Assembly (NCBI GenBank): GCA_951406725.2
Contig: OX597814.1
Span: 37,200,001-37,264,000, forward strand
Direction: 5' to 3'
Length of the DNA stretch: 64,000 bases
DNA from: Octopus vulgaris
Lineage: Eukaryota
Position numbers and translations under genes: made by a program. The notes under the pieces were generated by a model that was given only the letters and a program-made list of their open reading frames with translations, ran no database searches and had not been told where the DNA came from. Each line of letters starts with the position of its first letter. Position 1 is the stretch's first letter. Shown here piece by piece: positions 39,320 to 52,794 of the stretch.

Positions 39320-39755
39320 TCTATTGTAAATCCCCTTGCATGTCAACGTCTGAGATACTGAGTTCCTCTCATGGGCTGATCTACCAAACATCTACACTAT
39401 GTTTAGGATAGTCGGCAGGCCAGCTTCTTCGAAAATACGACACACGCTTCCCCAAGACATTGTTTTACAGCGAAATGTTAGAAGACAAGAGCACACAAGA
39501 TGGACACAAAAATCACTTCAAGGATACACTCAAAGCCTCAATGAAAAGCTTTTAGATCAACTCTGACCTTTAGGAAACGCAAGTGAAAGACCGCTCTGCA
39601 GGGTTGAAAGGGTAAAAGAGAAACGTGAACGGTGTTCCTTGCCTTGAATCCCAGCAGACAACTACTGCCCTGCTTGCGGCAGCGCCTTCTGCGCACGCAT
39701 CGGAATTATCGGCCACTGTGATATTTTTGGTCATCGTCTACAAGGGCGGATGATC

Positions 39756-39756
<1 letters not shown>
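39320..39756 (+). mobile_element. RTE-X-like LINE 3' end
   Basis: DTEFLSWADLPNIYTM..DTRFPKTLFYSEMLEDK..GHKNHFKDTLKASMKSF.. and C2H2-like CPACGSAFCARIGIIGH; followed by a (TAA)n tail. Confidence 0.8.
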
Positions 39757-39853
<97 letters not shown>

Positions 39854-39883
39854 ATAATGATGATGATGAAGATAATAATAATA
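39757..39883. repeat. (TAA)n(TGA)n microsatellite
   Basis: Direct reading. Confidence 0.95.
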
Positions 39884-40340
39884 ACGTTTGGTTCCTTGGT
39901 TATATCTCTTGATTTTTGTCGCTTTAGCCTGGAATCTTTGTTTCAGGCCTTGAAGAACTACATTCAACACTTTTTTCTGTATCCTATATCTGCGCTCTCG
40001 TTGCTGATACTTCTCCTCCCTCTTGCTTTCATTATTTTTCTTTCATTCCAAAATATCGATATGTTTTCGTAGTTCGTTAATTGATTGCTTTATTCTTCTT
40101 TTCCACCAAGGTTCGTTTCCTCTATTCCAATTTCTACGGTTTGCTTCGAGGCCTACTTTATTTCCTATATAGATGATACAGGCTTTAATCAATCGATTCG
40201 TTCTGATTATATATCTCTCTTAATTTTTTTCGGTATTTGATTCGCCTTAAGCGTCCACACCCTGAGCAAATTTCTGTCTACTTTCCTGAATCCATTTATT
40301 TCCGTATACAAGATTTCCTCAATTATACTAGTAATGTCTT
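39884..40340 (-). mobile_element. R4/Dong-like LINE, N-terminal ORF fragment (inverted)
   Basis: EPWWKRRIKQSINELRKHIDILE..LNVVLQGLKQRFQAKATKIKRYNQ resembles the pre-RT region of R4-clade elements. Confidence 0.75.
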
Positions 40341-40654
40341 CGATCAACCAGAAAAATATCTAATTACGTGTATAACTTTATGGAAGTGAATGACAAACTG
40401 CCAGTGGAACACAAAGAATGCAGCAGGAAAAGCCGAGTGACAAAAGATCAACTTCTGACAGACAGAATGGCACTGAACGACTACAAGAGAAGACTTACTT
40501 TCCTGGGCTTCGTGTGGATCGTTTATAAGTAGGCGTATGATATGTCCCACCCCTACCGTTCCTGAATTTTTGAACATCTTGTGCTGGTACAGGAGTCTCA
40601 TAAAATATCAAATTTAATTTGGAGATCGATAAAAAAATAGAAAACAGATTTAAC

Positions 40655-41477
40655 ATTTATTTACATTATTTATATTACTTACATTTGACGGATATTTTTA
40701 TTCATCTTCTTTGTTGTTAAAGCAACGTTTCGGCTGGTATAACCTCCAGCCTTCATCAAGTGACTTGGGGGAAATTTCAAACTTGGGTTCCCATTCCTAA
40801 GGTATTTTTCAATGTTGTTGTGGTTGTTATCATCATCATCATCATCATCATCATTATCATCACCATCACACCATCATCATCATTATTATTCAGCACACTG
40901 CCTGGAATTGAATTCGGAATCTTGGGGTTAGTAGCGCTTAACCACTACGCAATATGCCTGTGGGCAATTATGGAATGCATAGTTAGGGTTTATAAATCTA
41001 ATATTTACTATCCTTCCTTAATACCGGTTCCTTAATATGAATAATGCTATTCATATCTGCACTCGGTCTGCTTAGGAGGTTGTTGTGTCCTAGAATATGC
41101 GCTGCTTTTTTTTTGTTTTCGTATGTTCCAGTGGTGCTTTCTGTCTATTATTTTAACTTCATCCTTGTGGAAAATATTAGATTTGTAAGCCCTAAAAATC
41201 CAGTCCATAATTGCCTACTGGTATATGGCGTAGTGGTTAAGAGCGCGGGCTACTAAGCTCAAGATTCCGAGTTTGATTCCGGGCAGTGTCCTGATTAATA
41301 ACAACAACAACAACAGCAGCAGAAACAACAACATCGTAAAATACCTTAGGAATGAGAACCCAAGTTCGAAATTTCCCCCACTACTGATGAAGGCTGGTTA
41401 TATCAGACGAAACGTAAATAATGTAAATAATGTAAAAAACTACATAATTTTTCATCTCTTAAATATAGAACTGTATT
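40655..41477. mobile_element. PLE insertion with head-to-head pseudo-LTRs, each carrying a tRNA-like Pol III promoter and a hammerhead
   Basis: 40655-41006 (-) mirrors 41172-41477 (+); TSD aaca(g/a)atttaac at 40643-40654 and 41478-41489. A-box TGGCGTAGTGG, B-box GTTTGATTCC; HHR motifs at 40722-40762 (-) and 41384-41416 (+). Confidence 0.8.
41384..41416 (+). ncRNA. Minimal hammerhead core (stem I eroded)
   Basis: CTGATGA-A-GGCTGG/TTATA/TCAGAC-GAA-ACGT-A. Mirror copy on the minus strand: TTGATGA-A-GGCTGG..CCAGCC-GAA-ACGT-T. Confidence 0.6.
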
Positions 41478-42023
41478 AACAAATTTAACTTCACGTGGAA
41501 ATTTTTACCGTAGGTTAACATCAACACAGGCATATTGTAAGGAGATAGCCTTTTACCTTGTTGTTTGTGATCTGTATGATATCTCTCACTCAGATACTAC
41601 GGAAAGTGACATCGGGCTACCCCTTAAAAATGGAGGAAAATTAAATCGTCTCATATATAGATGACCTAAAGATCTTTAGGGAAAACGAACATGAAATAAA
41701 ATAGCTACTTTCAACAATGCAGAAATTCAGGAAGGATACCGTAATGGCATTTGGGACGAATTTTGTATGCTTACAATAATAAAAAAAAGCAAATTGGGAG
41801 AGGCTAAAAATTCTCCTACTAATGTTCTTAACTAAATTCTTGCACATTATGGAGGGGTGAGGCAGGAACCTACATTCATGTAACTAAGTCTATCGTTGGG
41901 CTTCCTACAGGGTTTGCAAATATTAATTTTTAAATCTAGAGATCCGTCAAGTTTTACATGTATAGGAATATGCGCATGTGTGTATAGAGATGTGTATATG
42001 AGCATGTAAATGTGTGTATGGGC

Positions 42024-42119
<96 letters not shown>

Positions 42120-42468
42120 TCATACACGTGTCTGTGTGAGTGTGTACGTGTGTAGATTTTACGAACGCAGATGGTTTCTATGTAGTGTGAGAATGTTGTC
42201 CGTTGTTCCATGTATGTTTTACAATTTTTAATATTTTTTTATATTTTATATCGTATATATTTTTCATGCCTATTAGAGTACCTGCCCTTTTATTCAACAG
42301 TTTTTCATAGCGTCTATCTTCCAAATAGCTAATAAAATTACCTTGAAGCTCCGGCATTTGAAACTCTGAGTTCTTTTATGACATCTTACTGATTGTCCTA
42401 TACTATCTATCTATCTATATACATATATATATATGATATATATGCATATATACATATATGTACATACC

Positions 42469-42499
<31 letters not shown>

Positions 42500-42505
<6 letters not shown>

Positions 42506-42760
42506 GACGTCAAAAATACGTGAACAAAATGAAAAGCTAGAACATAAAAGACAACAAAAATATGGAAAACGAACTTCTTTTCCGGACAACGAAAGAAGCA
42601 AATAGAGATACGAGGAAGGCAAAATAGAGAACAATCCCTTCATCAGTTGTCCCCTGTTTTATCTACTCGCGGTACGAAGGTTAGGTAAAACAGTCTTTCC
42701 CGCAAAACGTATTAATAAAACAGTCCTTCCCGGAAATCAAATTAAATAAAATTTGATATG
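42500..42760 (-). mobile_element. (TA)n-associated interspersed repeat, probably PLE-related
   Basis: Homologous to 51650-52115 (..atggaaa..ccctt[c]..cgaagg..aaacagtccttccc..aaattaaataaaatttg). Confidence 0.6.
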
Positions 42761-44889
42761 TTACGAATTATTGTTATATATCGACATTGATACAAGATAT
42801 CGGGGCATTCATAATTATTTGTTATTTGGAAATTGTCTAAAATCAATATCGAATTTGGTTCGGGCAATTTAGCTCTAGAGAGAGTGAAAGCAAATAGATT
42901 AAATCATTTATGTGATTATCAATTACTTCTGAACTTACAATGCACAAAGTTATTAAACAGCTTTCATGAAAAGGAATACTAAATGTGAAAACTATATGCA
43001 TGAGTGTAATATCTGTAATCAAAACATACATGCATATTATATAAAATACTACTTTGAGATACGCGTATAACAAATGGCCGCGTTCCTATAAGGGGTGAAG
43101 TTAAGGAAGAAAATATTTTCATAGGGTGTAATGCGCGTTCCGTACACAGAACTATTCAGACTTGCTTCAATTGTATTGCTTGTAAACCAATGAAATCATA
43201 TATATATATATAATATTTGAAATATTTGAAGGCATTTAGTCACATTGACAAAATTTAAAAGAAAAGGAAATCGATCATCATGGAATAAATTCCTCTAAAA
43301 TAAATAAGAAGATAAAGCTTAAATTAGAGTTTAGTTCATATTTATGGAAATATATGTAAGAAATATTCTATATTGGAAAATATTTCGTTTTCTTATGAAT
43401 TATTCAAGGAATACGAATATGCATTTATAGAAAATTGACTTCAAAATTCATTACATATAACATTATTCACCTAGCCCGAAAGTTGAACATGTAAAGAGTT
43501 TTACATAATCATACATATTCAGTACAAATGCCAATCAATTGTCTTTATGTCCGTTTGCATGTAAAATATGCGTGGGTTTGTGCGTGTAAGCGTGTTGATA
43601 TATATATCTGAATTTAAATACGCATGCGTACATACGTACAGATACACTCACACCACTCATAAGAATATAGGTAGGTTTGTGTATCTTCCATTAACTAGAG
43701 ACCCCCTCAAGAGAAGTTTTACTAGTGTTACTCTTACTAAAATTGGTAATGCCACGAGAGAGTCAAACAATCTAATAATCTATGATAGACTAAAATTAAA
43801 GGAATTCCCTAAAGAATTTTAAATCTACAAGAACTAGAATTTCAATAGGGGACAAGTTAGAGTCACCAAAACAGAAAACGCTAAAGGCATATCAAACATA
43901 TACATACACTGTCAGCTGTGTAATGGGTATTGTTATGAATTCCATAATGCGGCAGACAACAGCGTTAATAAACGAGAAGCGGTAACAGAACATGTTTCAT
44001 CAACTCTACACATAACTATTCTTTCAAGTAGGAGCGTGATATCACAAACATAAATTGTGATAAGCTTCTAGAAACGAAGCACACAAATTTAAAATTATAA
44101 CATAAAAAACCGCACTTCCTTCCAAGCGTTTCAAGTAAATTGAATGAAATATATGTTAAACGTTACTCCTAGTGGAAATCTAAATAGTGCCAATGGCAAT
44201 GATGCAATTCGAAAACTGTTTTTATCGGTTATATTCTAAATTCTAATCACAAATATTTTATTCTCACAAACTAGCTAAACACCTAAATAATTAACCTCAT
44301 CCACAGAATCACCAGTTCTGTTTCTTTCGAATCCCTCTCTATACATGTATCTAAGCAGATGTTCAAAATATTTATAGTTATGAATAAAAATGTCATGGAT
44401 ATATTTGTAGCAAACAATAGATTGCTTCTTATCGTTTTCATTTGTTATAAATCGTTGAGAAAATGAGCTTCAAATGAAAAGAAATACTTTGTCTTGTAAT
44501 AAACGGCTATAATTACCTCAATCCTGAAAAAGCAATACTTGCTATTTTTGATATATCTTATCTTCTCTTTTAACCTATGCTTAATTATGTAATTCTTTCT
44601 GCCTACACTCTAACTGAAATATATTTATAACACTTGCTAAACATTATATAAATAACTGTAAACACACGTTTTTCTTAACTCTTCGGATTATGATTAGTAT
44701 TCAGTATTAAGAAACGAATACACATATGGTATGAACCATTTAATCTTGGATTACAATTCATTACCGAAACCTATCCTGATAAAGAAGCTAATTCTGCCAG
44801 GCAAAATATTCTTTTGTACTACTTCATAAGCAACAATCTAACTACATTAAATGCATCAATCCATATAGCTGGAGAACATTAGTAAATGA

Positions 44890-45172
44890 GTGATGCCTCT
44901 ATGTCAAAGTGCCCGCCATATCACATTCTGTGTCACGCTGAAACTCACTTGAAACTACATTAATGGCACGTATGTCTGTGGAATGCTCAGACTCTTGCGC
45001 TGAGCATTAATTTCATGAGCAGACCGTCCTGTTTATCGGATCAACTGGAACCCTCGTCGTCATAACTGACAGTGACAGTAGTAGTTGTAGTAGTAGTAGT
45101 AGTAGTAGTAGTTATAGTAGCAGCAGTAGTATAGTAGTAGTAGCAGCAGCAACAGTGGTGGTAGTAGTAGTA
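44890..45172 (+). mobile_element. Old SINE body/tail followed by (GTA)n
   Basis: atcacattctgtgtcacgctg..tgtctgtggaatgctcag..ggatcaactggaaccctcgtcgtc resembles a common cephalopod SINE tail (recalled, not verified). Confidence 0.5.
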
Positions 45173-47517
45173 TTTGCTTTCTGTCAGAAGAAGAGTGTTT
45201 CTAAAAATTAGAAGCAATCCCTCCTCTATTCAATGGGATTTTATGTCACTGGCACCTTCTCTTATTTTCTCTTAGTTTCGATACGGTTTTCTTTTGCAGG
45301 GCATAAACAATCCAGTATTTTTTTCTCTATAATTTTATATGCCAAACGTCTTGAAAACCCTTGAAAACCGTTTGCCTTCTTGCTTCATCATTTACTGCTA
45401 CAATTATTTTTGTCTCGAAATATTCATGTGTTTGGGTCAGCAGTAAATTCGTGGGAATAGTTCGATGTTCTATGCCCATGTGATAGTTTTGTATTACAGC
45501 ATTCTCATAGAACCAAATACTGAAAAAATCCCATTGGCGCACTTGCTGCTTTGTAAAACGCCTCACACAACTGTACACGGCAAACATCAGATGACAGTAA
45601 GTGCAATGTTAGGTAGCATTTCTAATGTGATGATCCTAGTTGCACAAATGCTAATTACATTTCAGAATGTTTTAGCTTGCAGACATTCAGTGATTTGATA
45701 CAATGTTGCCGTGTGTATAACACAAATAATTCTAGGTGATAGGTATCAATATGGACTGTCTAACAACTTTTCGAGAAGATGGAATTGTTTATAACTAGAA
45801 CACATTATATACAGAATGCATGTTCTATAATCACACTTCTCTTTCAATTTTCAGTCACCGAGAACAATGTATGCATTGTTTTCTGTCCGATCAAGAAATA
45901 TCTGAGAGGTGATCTCATACAACTGTTTTGTTTTACTTCATGCTGTGTCATAATAGGAGTAAGTCATGCACACACGGGCAAAAGAGGACTCAAATGTTAA
46001 ACTACGATGTCTAGTCAGTCTTAATCTCAGTCTTATTAATCTGTCGGATAAAAGAGAGCTAGAGTAGTTGGCCTGAAAGCTTCTTGGTGATGGTTAAGTA
46101 AAGAGCCTTAATCTGTAGAGAAAGCTGACTCCTTTACCAGAGGGTGTAGGTTCGTTCCAATAGCTTTGCTTCTATTCGCAATTGTATTTCTAACGCTTCA
46201 GAAATGACTATACCAAATATAATTTATTAACTATAATCTATCCAATTTCTTCAATCGATACTAATTACACATTCATTCTTTGTGACCAGAAAACATAAAT
46301 GAAATTAATATATATGTTTGTCAGAGAATCAGATAACCATGATGTGATATAGCAAGCAGTTTAAGAAAAGTTCTAGAGCTATTATCTCTATTCTCGGAAG
46401 ATCCCTGGAGTGACACACGAACGGAATACCCCTAGGGCAACTTGCAAACTTTAGCTGCATCTCCGATAGACATCATGTTTTCTTGAACCAGTGTCAATCA
46501 CATAAAAAAAGAAAGAAAATAACCAGTGCACATATTTTCAGTAATTAGCGTCTATTTATGACCCTCTGTTGGAGAGTGGAATGTATATGTTGAAATCTAG
46601 TGAATACTGTTCAAGAAGAAATTCGTTTATTAAAATATATATTAAAAACGGATTCAATTAGTGGTCTTTCTTCAGTTAATTACATGCACGAAGTGGACAA
46701 TTTACATCCCCAAAAAAGCACAATGTCTAACGAAGATTGTTGGTCTCCAATTTGGTCATCTTTAAAACAATATTTTTTTCCTAGTTTCAGATGGTAAATA
46801 TAAGCAATCTAAGTTAATAAAATTTGAGGTAATTTCTTTGGTTTTTCCGTTAATTTCTGAATTATTGAGAGATGTATGTAATGAATATATTGTGTTCTAC
46901 ATTTTTTTTAATATGTCAACATTCGCTTAAATGCTATATATATCACAGGACACTTGTACTTAAGGTGCAACTTGAAATAGAAATGGATATCCACAATTGA
47001 CTTCTTACGTCTTGACAATATGTCTGTGAATGTATGTAATGGCTTTTGAGGAATTCTTTTACGTAATAGCTTTGGAGAATTCTTCCTTCATGAGATCATC
47101 TCCAATTCTGAATGAAGACATCCCCATTTGCCCTCTATATACTCTACAATAGTACATTTAATAGAGGAAGAAGCCATATCATATCGAATTTGACGTAGCT
47201 TCAGTTGTCCATCAATACATACATACATACATATATGTGTGCGCGTTTGTGTATTTTTGTGTAATTACAGATAGACACCCGCATAGACTTGGGCAAATGG
47301 TCAAGCAATGGTTATGACATAAGTAATTATAAGCAAATTATAAATATTTAAACATAATTGCAATTAAACGTGAATTATCCTACTACTTATATTTTCGTGA
47401 AGGGAACATCTTCCTTCTTGGAGTTTAACGTCATTTATATTCATATATATTTAATTTTCTTATAAACGCTTTAATGCCATAAAAAACATTCTTGTCCTTA
47501 TTCTATCTATCTGTCTG

Positions 47518-47558
<41 letters not shown>

Positions 47559-48176
47559 ATCCATCTATCTTTTCTATCTATCATCGATCTATATGTTTGT
47601 CTGTCTATCTGCCCGTGTGTGTGTGTGTGTGTGTGTCTGACTATCTATACACACAAACACACACATGCAGATAATATAGATAGAGAGATAAATAGATACA
47701 CACATATATATATAGACACACACACACACCTATATCAAAATAAGTGTTTACTAAACGACATTTCGGTATTTATTTACGGCCTTCATTTGTTAATAGGATT
47801 TATAAAATTTTACATCTTGGAAAAACATGTAAGATATCTCCTAATAGAAATTCTTCAAGCAGATGACACTCTGTCACAAGAATTACTAAAACGAGATACC
47901 GTACACAATTTTTGAACATGTACGAGACTTAACTCTTATTAGCATATGAAACACGTGTAATGGTGAATTAATAATGGCCTAACTTTTTCCAGTCTCTTGT
48001 TTTTATATGTAATTTTTCTGCCAATGTTATTTACCAGCATTTTTCACCGGTTACATGTAACTCAGTCAATTATAACATCTACATACAATTTTGGAGCATT
48101 TGATTTCAAAATATGTACTACATGAGTACATATCTTTACGTAGCCTCCTATTTACACACAGACAACACTCATATAT

Positions 48177-48603
48177 AAAGAAAAAGAAAACGGAGATTGG
48201 GAAGTTAATTGTTTATTGTTAACAGCAAATTAATCAATATCCCTTACAACTGTTTCAATTACTACTCAGTAAATATTACATAAATAATAAATATATATGA
48301 CCTGAGCATAATATCTTCAGAAGGAAAAAGAATATACCATTGAATGCTTTATTATATGTTTATGGCTTCACTATAGCAGATTGAGTGATCATTCAGTCTG
48401 CTATAATGAATCTATAAACGCATATAAAACTTCCAAGGGTGTATTTTACACTCTGAAGATGTTATGCACATGTCATATAAATTTTATATTTATTTCATAT
48501 TTATTGAGTATTAATTGAAACATTTGTAAGAGATGATGATTAATTTCCTGTTAAAAATAAACAATTATTAACTTCTCAATCTCCATTGTCTTTTTCTTCT
48601 TTT
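48177..48603. repeat. Fold-back palindrome (~210-bp arms) of a PLE pseudo-LTR; hammerhead in each arm
   Basis: Centred on GATC at 48387-48390. HHR minus 48241-48324 (CCTT-CTGAAGA..GAA-ACAGTTGT-A-AGGG); plus 48449-48532 (CTGAAGA..GAA-ACATTTGT-A-AGAG). Confidence 0.85.
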
Positions 48604-48810
48604 ATATTAATATAAACATAAAATATATGTTTATACACCCACACACATACACTACACACACACACACACGCACACACACACATAGAGAAGGACGAGATGG
48701 ACGCTTCATTTTTATGCTGTTGCCGCATTATGTCGTACGCGGATGAGAGGATTTGCATCCCCAACGTGGAATTTTTGATGTAACACATGTCCTTGAGGTA
48801 GTAGTTGTGC

Positions 48811-48888
48811 GCAGCTGAAGAAGGCCATAGACACACATTATGCATTGTTATAAATCCGTCTAATAAAGGCCCGAAACATATGTACCGC
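48811..48888 (+). ncRNA. Type I hammerhead ribozyme with intact core, in a PLE-type repeat (~48690-48995)
   Basis: GCAG-CTGAAGA-A-GGCC-ATAGAC..GTCTA..GGCC-C-GAA-ACATATGT-A-CCGC: palindromic stem III, GUA triplet. Confidence 0.75.
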
Positions 48889-49431
48889 TGAATCCTTGGC
48901 ATCATGTTTTTATTTTGATAAATTTACTCCACCACCTACACCACCAAACGGTATATACAGGTGCTTACAATTATCAAGTACTCACCCTGAATTTCTATAT
49001 ATATAGATAGATAAATATACATACACATATACATACACACAGATACACACACACATACATACATCAAATGAGGATAACATTCACGTTAATGATAATTATC
49101 ACGCAGTCAGGATGGACATAAGCAATTTACATATTAAGTTAATAATTGTATATATATACGTTAATACTAGTGGCTAATTGCGATTAGACACAGAGATTCT
49201 ATGTGTGTCGCTGATATTTCCAGCAATCAGGCGTGTGCCATTGCCAATACTAAGAAAGGCGAAAATTATGTAACCTCGTAATCCTTGCAGCGGTAACGGT
49301 GGTGAATGCATATGGTGAGTAACGTAGAAACAGTGCATATATGCACCGCAAAGCCATATAAGAGATTAAGTTCTCTCATGGTATCTCTCGTAGAGTACCG
49401 TGATTTAACACAACATACACTTTTAAGTGCT

Positions 49432-49493
<62 letters not shown>

Positions 49494-50811
49494 CATATGA
49501 TTACACGAAATGAAGTATATATCTGATGTATAATATAGTTTATAAATCTTGCAATGGATACATCTTATAATTATATATATTTGAAATCATTGGCCATAGT
49601 CACAGCTGAAATAATGTATATTAATTGAGTATTTACAAATTTCACAGCTTTGATTAATTCTGCTTTGCTGTAATTGTAAACATCTTAATCTGTTAATTAG
49701 GTTTGTGCAATTATATCGTATTTTGTCATTAGCGTACTGTGAATAATATGTCCGATAGCGTATTCTTGTTTACCTGTAAATATTCCGATGTTATATTACA
49801 AAATGCAATTTTCTTCAATTTAATGTGGCGATAGGATATTATAATTTTCTATTATCGCTTCCAGGGTTATACAATATCTAGTCTATTTTATAGACTTAGT
49901 AAACAAGAGAACTCAAGGAAATATTAATTAAATTTCTTAAATGCATCTAATATGCATTATTCACGCATATGCGTACATTTACATCAGCATAGATACATAA
50001 ACACAGAAATATTCATGCATGTATACTTCGGCGTTGTTTAGCTCCTGGTCAATACTGGTGGAATAGACATATATCAAAATCATTTATATTGTTGTAGATC
50101 AGCATATACTTGTGAGAGGCTAATAGAAGATTATCTTAACTAAAGTTTCCTCCCATAAAGTACGAAGATAATTCTCTTTTGAGGGATTTCTTCCGTCTAT
50201 AGCTGATCAAATAACCACGTACACGTACCTTCACAAATATTTTTGTATTTGGACTGGTAGACATTCCTGTATAATAAATTGTCGTAAAACAGAACGAGTG
50301 CATATTCTATTATAATATATATATATAATCATCTATTGAAAACATATCTTGTCCATTACACAGGTATACGTAGTTTATCTCATATGAATGGTATTCTTCT
50401 GGCCTCAAATTATATTTACATTAAAATTTAGTATAAACAGAAAGGGATGATTAATTAATAAAACTTTCTGCTCCCAAATTTCGGTTGATTGATAGTTTAT
50501 ACAGAAAAGAATTTGTGTAAGCAGAGAAGGTTTTTTTTTATTATTATAGCATGTATTATGATACAGACAAGACGAATTGGAAAGTATAACAAGATCAGGA
50601 TTGGAGGAAATAATAACGGTCACTTTGGCTATTAAATGTGTGTTGTTAGTGAAATTAATGAGAACACACAAATCGATTAATAGTTAGCTTAACATCGAAG
50701 TTCACGGTAAACATCGTCTTTCAATCTTCTGTAATTATTAACTAATTGGTAATTAAAATACTCACACACACGAAAAAAAAAAGACATATGTATACACTAT
50801 ATACGCATAAG

Positions 50812-50846
<35 letters not shown>

Positions 50847-51258
50847 CTCATGAATCACACATACCCACACACACACGTGTGTGTGTGTGTGTGATCATTG
50901 AAAGTATTTCTCTGAAGAAGGAACTGGTTTCTAGCAGAGATACAGAGCTCCATCATTTGGAAGTAGATAACGAAAATATTTTCATATTTTAAACCCGAGA
51001 AAAGACTTACATAGTTTGTAGTTTACAGGGTTACTGATAGAGATTGCATTCGTAATGTGAAGATCAGTTGGATGATTTCTTTTCCTTAAAATCCAAGCTT
51101 AACGTGACTGACACTTGGGCATTTACTTACAGAAAGAAGTGCTCCAATTACTATTAGTATGAATATACTATCATAGTTCGGATATAGAAACTGGAAATTT
51201 CGAAGCACTTCCTCATAGTTTCTCTTTGAGTTTTTGAAACAGATAAATTAATAGGACA

Positions 51259-51432
51259 ATGTATGTACGTACGTACGTATGTATGTATGTATGTATGTAT
51301 GTATGTATGTATGTATGTATGTATGTATGTATGTATGTATACATACATGTATGTATGTATGTATATATGTATCTATGTATGTATCTATGTATGTATGTAT
51401 GAATGTATGTATGTGTGTATGTATGTATATAT
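51259..51432. repeat. (TATG)n microsatellite
   Basis: Direct reading. Confidence 0.95.
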
Positions 51433-51587
51433 GAGTGAGCGGTATTTGAATTCACAACGTAAAGGTGGAAGAAATGCCGCTCACAGTTTTGTCCTACTCG
51501 GTAATAATTCTGTAAGATCGCCGTCTAAGTGCTCCTCACTAATACATTGCTATGCCTAAATGTATGTATGCATAAGGCTATATGCTA

Positions 51588-51641
<54 letters not shown>

Positions 51642-51649
51642 CAATTTAA

Positions 51650-52115
51650 TAAATAAAGCATATACATACATATATGTACATACCTACATCTATATGTATA
51701 TATACATGCATATATGGGTGGAGGACACCACAAAAAACGTAGAACACAACGAGAAACGAAAACATAAAAACAAAACATGGAAACGGACTTTTTTAACGAC
51801 AAAAAAAAACAGAGTACAAGACATACAACACAAGAAACATTCCCCTTCTTCGGCTGCCCTTGTTTCGACTTATTGAGTGTTTCGAAGGTAAGGGCAGGAC
51901 AAGACTTCTTGAAACAGTCCTTCCCCCAAAGCAAATTAAATAAAATTTGGGATTTTTTTGTGGAAGGGTAAAAAAGTGACAAGAACAGGACAGTAAAAAC
52001 ATACAAAGACAGGACAAGGAGAAACAAACGATAAGGGCTTTTTAAGACTGGACGGTGGAAAAATTCATTTGAACGCATTGAGAAAACGGCTAACGAAAAC
52101 AGGAGAAGAAGCTGT
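51650..52115 (-). mobile_element. (TA)n-flanked interspersed repeat, probably PLE-related
   Basis: Homolog of 42500-42760; bounded by (TA)n on both sides. Confidence 0.6.
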
Positions 52116-52794
52116 ATATATATATATATATATATATATTAACTAGTAGAAGAGATCTGTGGATGATTACAGTCGCCCATGTTAAGTGTGACATAACTAG
52201 CTATGCGTATCTATACTACTGTTTCAATATTGTTAATTTCTGCTGGTAGAGCGGCTTACCACCTACTTTCTAATGTCTACATCATGCTCAGTATCTTTTA
52301 ACTTGTAGGGATGCACATAAATCATTAGAATATAGTAGAGAGATTTATAGAAGAAGATGTGTGGGAAGCTATGTATATGTGCGTATATATCTACCTGCCT
52401 GCCTTCCAGCTACCTACATATGTATGTATATTCTTCTCTTTCTCTTCCTAATTTATAGTAAATTTTGACCCACCACCTACTCGCTAGCAAAGTTAAATCA
52501 TTGAAGGAATTTTATAGTCCCGAAAATTTTAGCGTATCAATTAAGGATTTGCTTTCTCTCCTCAATTTTGCAAGTCCAACAATACTTTGCTCCAGACGGG
52601 TTGGTATGTATCATGTTGCTCCATATGTATGTATTATGTATGTATGTATGTATGTATGTATGTATGTATGTATGTATGCATATATGTACGTATGTAGGTA
52701 GGTATGTATGTAAGTAGTTAGGTAGGTAGATGTGTATGTAAGTATGTATCTATGCATATATTCTCATACATATAGTTGCATATTTAGGTATGGT

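Larger units (their letters stand above)
40345..41815 (+). mobile_element. R4/Dong-like LINE reverse-transcriptase remnant, split by a PLE insertion
   Basis: PVEHKECSRKSRVTKDQLLTD..VWIVYK*AYDM (40400-40545), then NINTGIL*GDS..LFVICMISLTQILRK..KLNRLIYIDDLKIF (41490-41770). Confidence 0.85.

Noticed and set aside
39755-40072. Poly-His/poly-Tyr/poly-Met ORFs
   Set aside because: They are readings of the (TAA)n(TGA)n microsatellite fused to a LINE fragment.
41222-41290. tRNA gene (also considered for SINE heads at 780-866, 1990-2060, 13302-13365)
   Set aside because: A/B boxes are present but there is no complete cloverleaf, and the heads sit in multicopy repeats.
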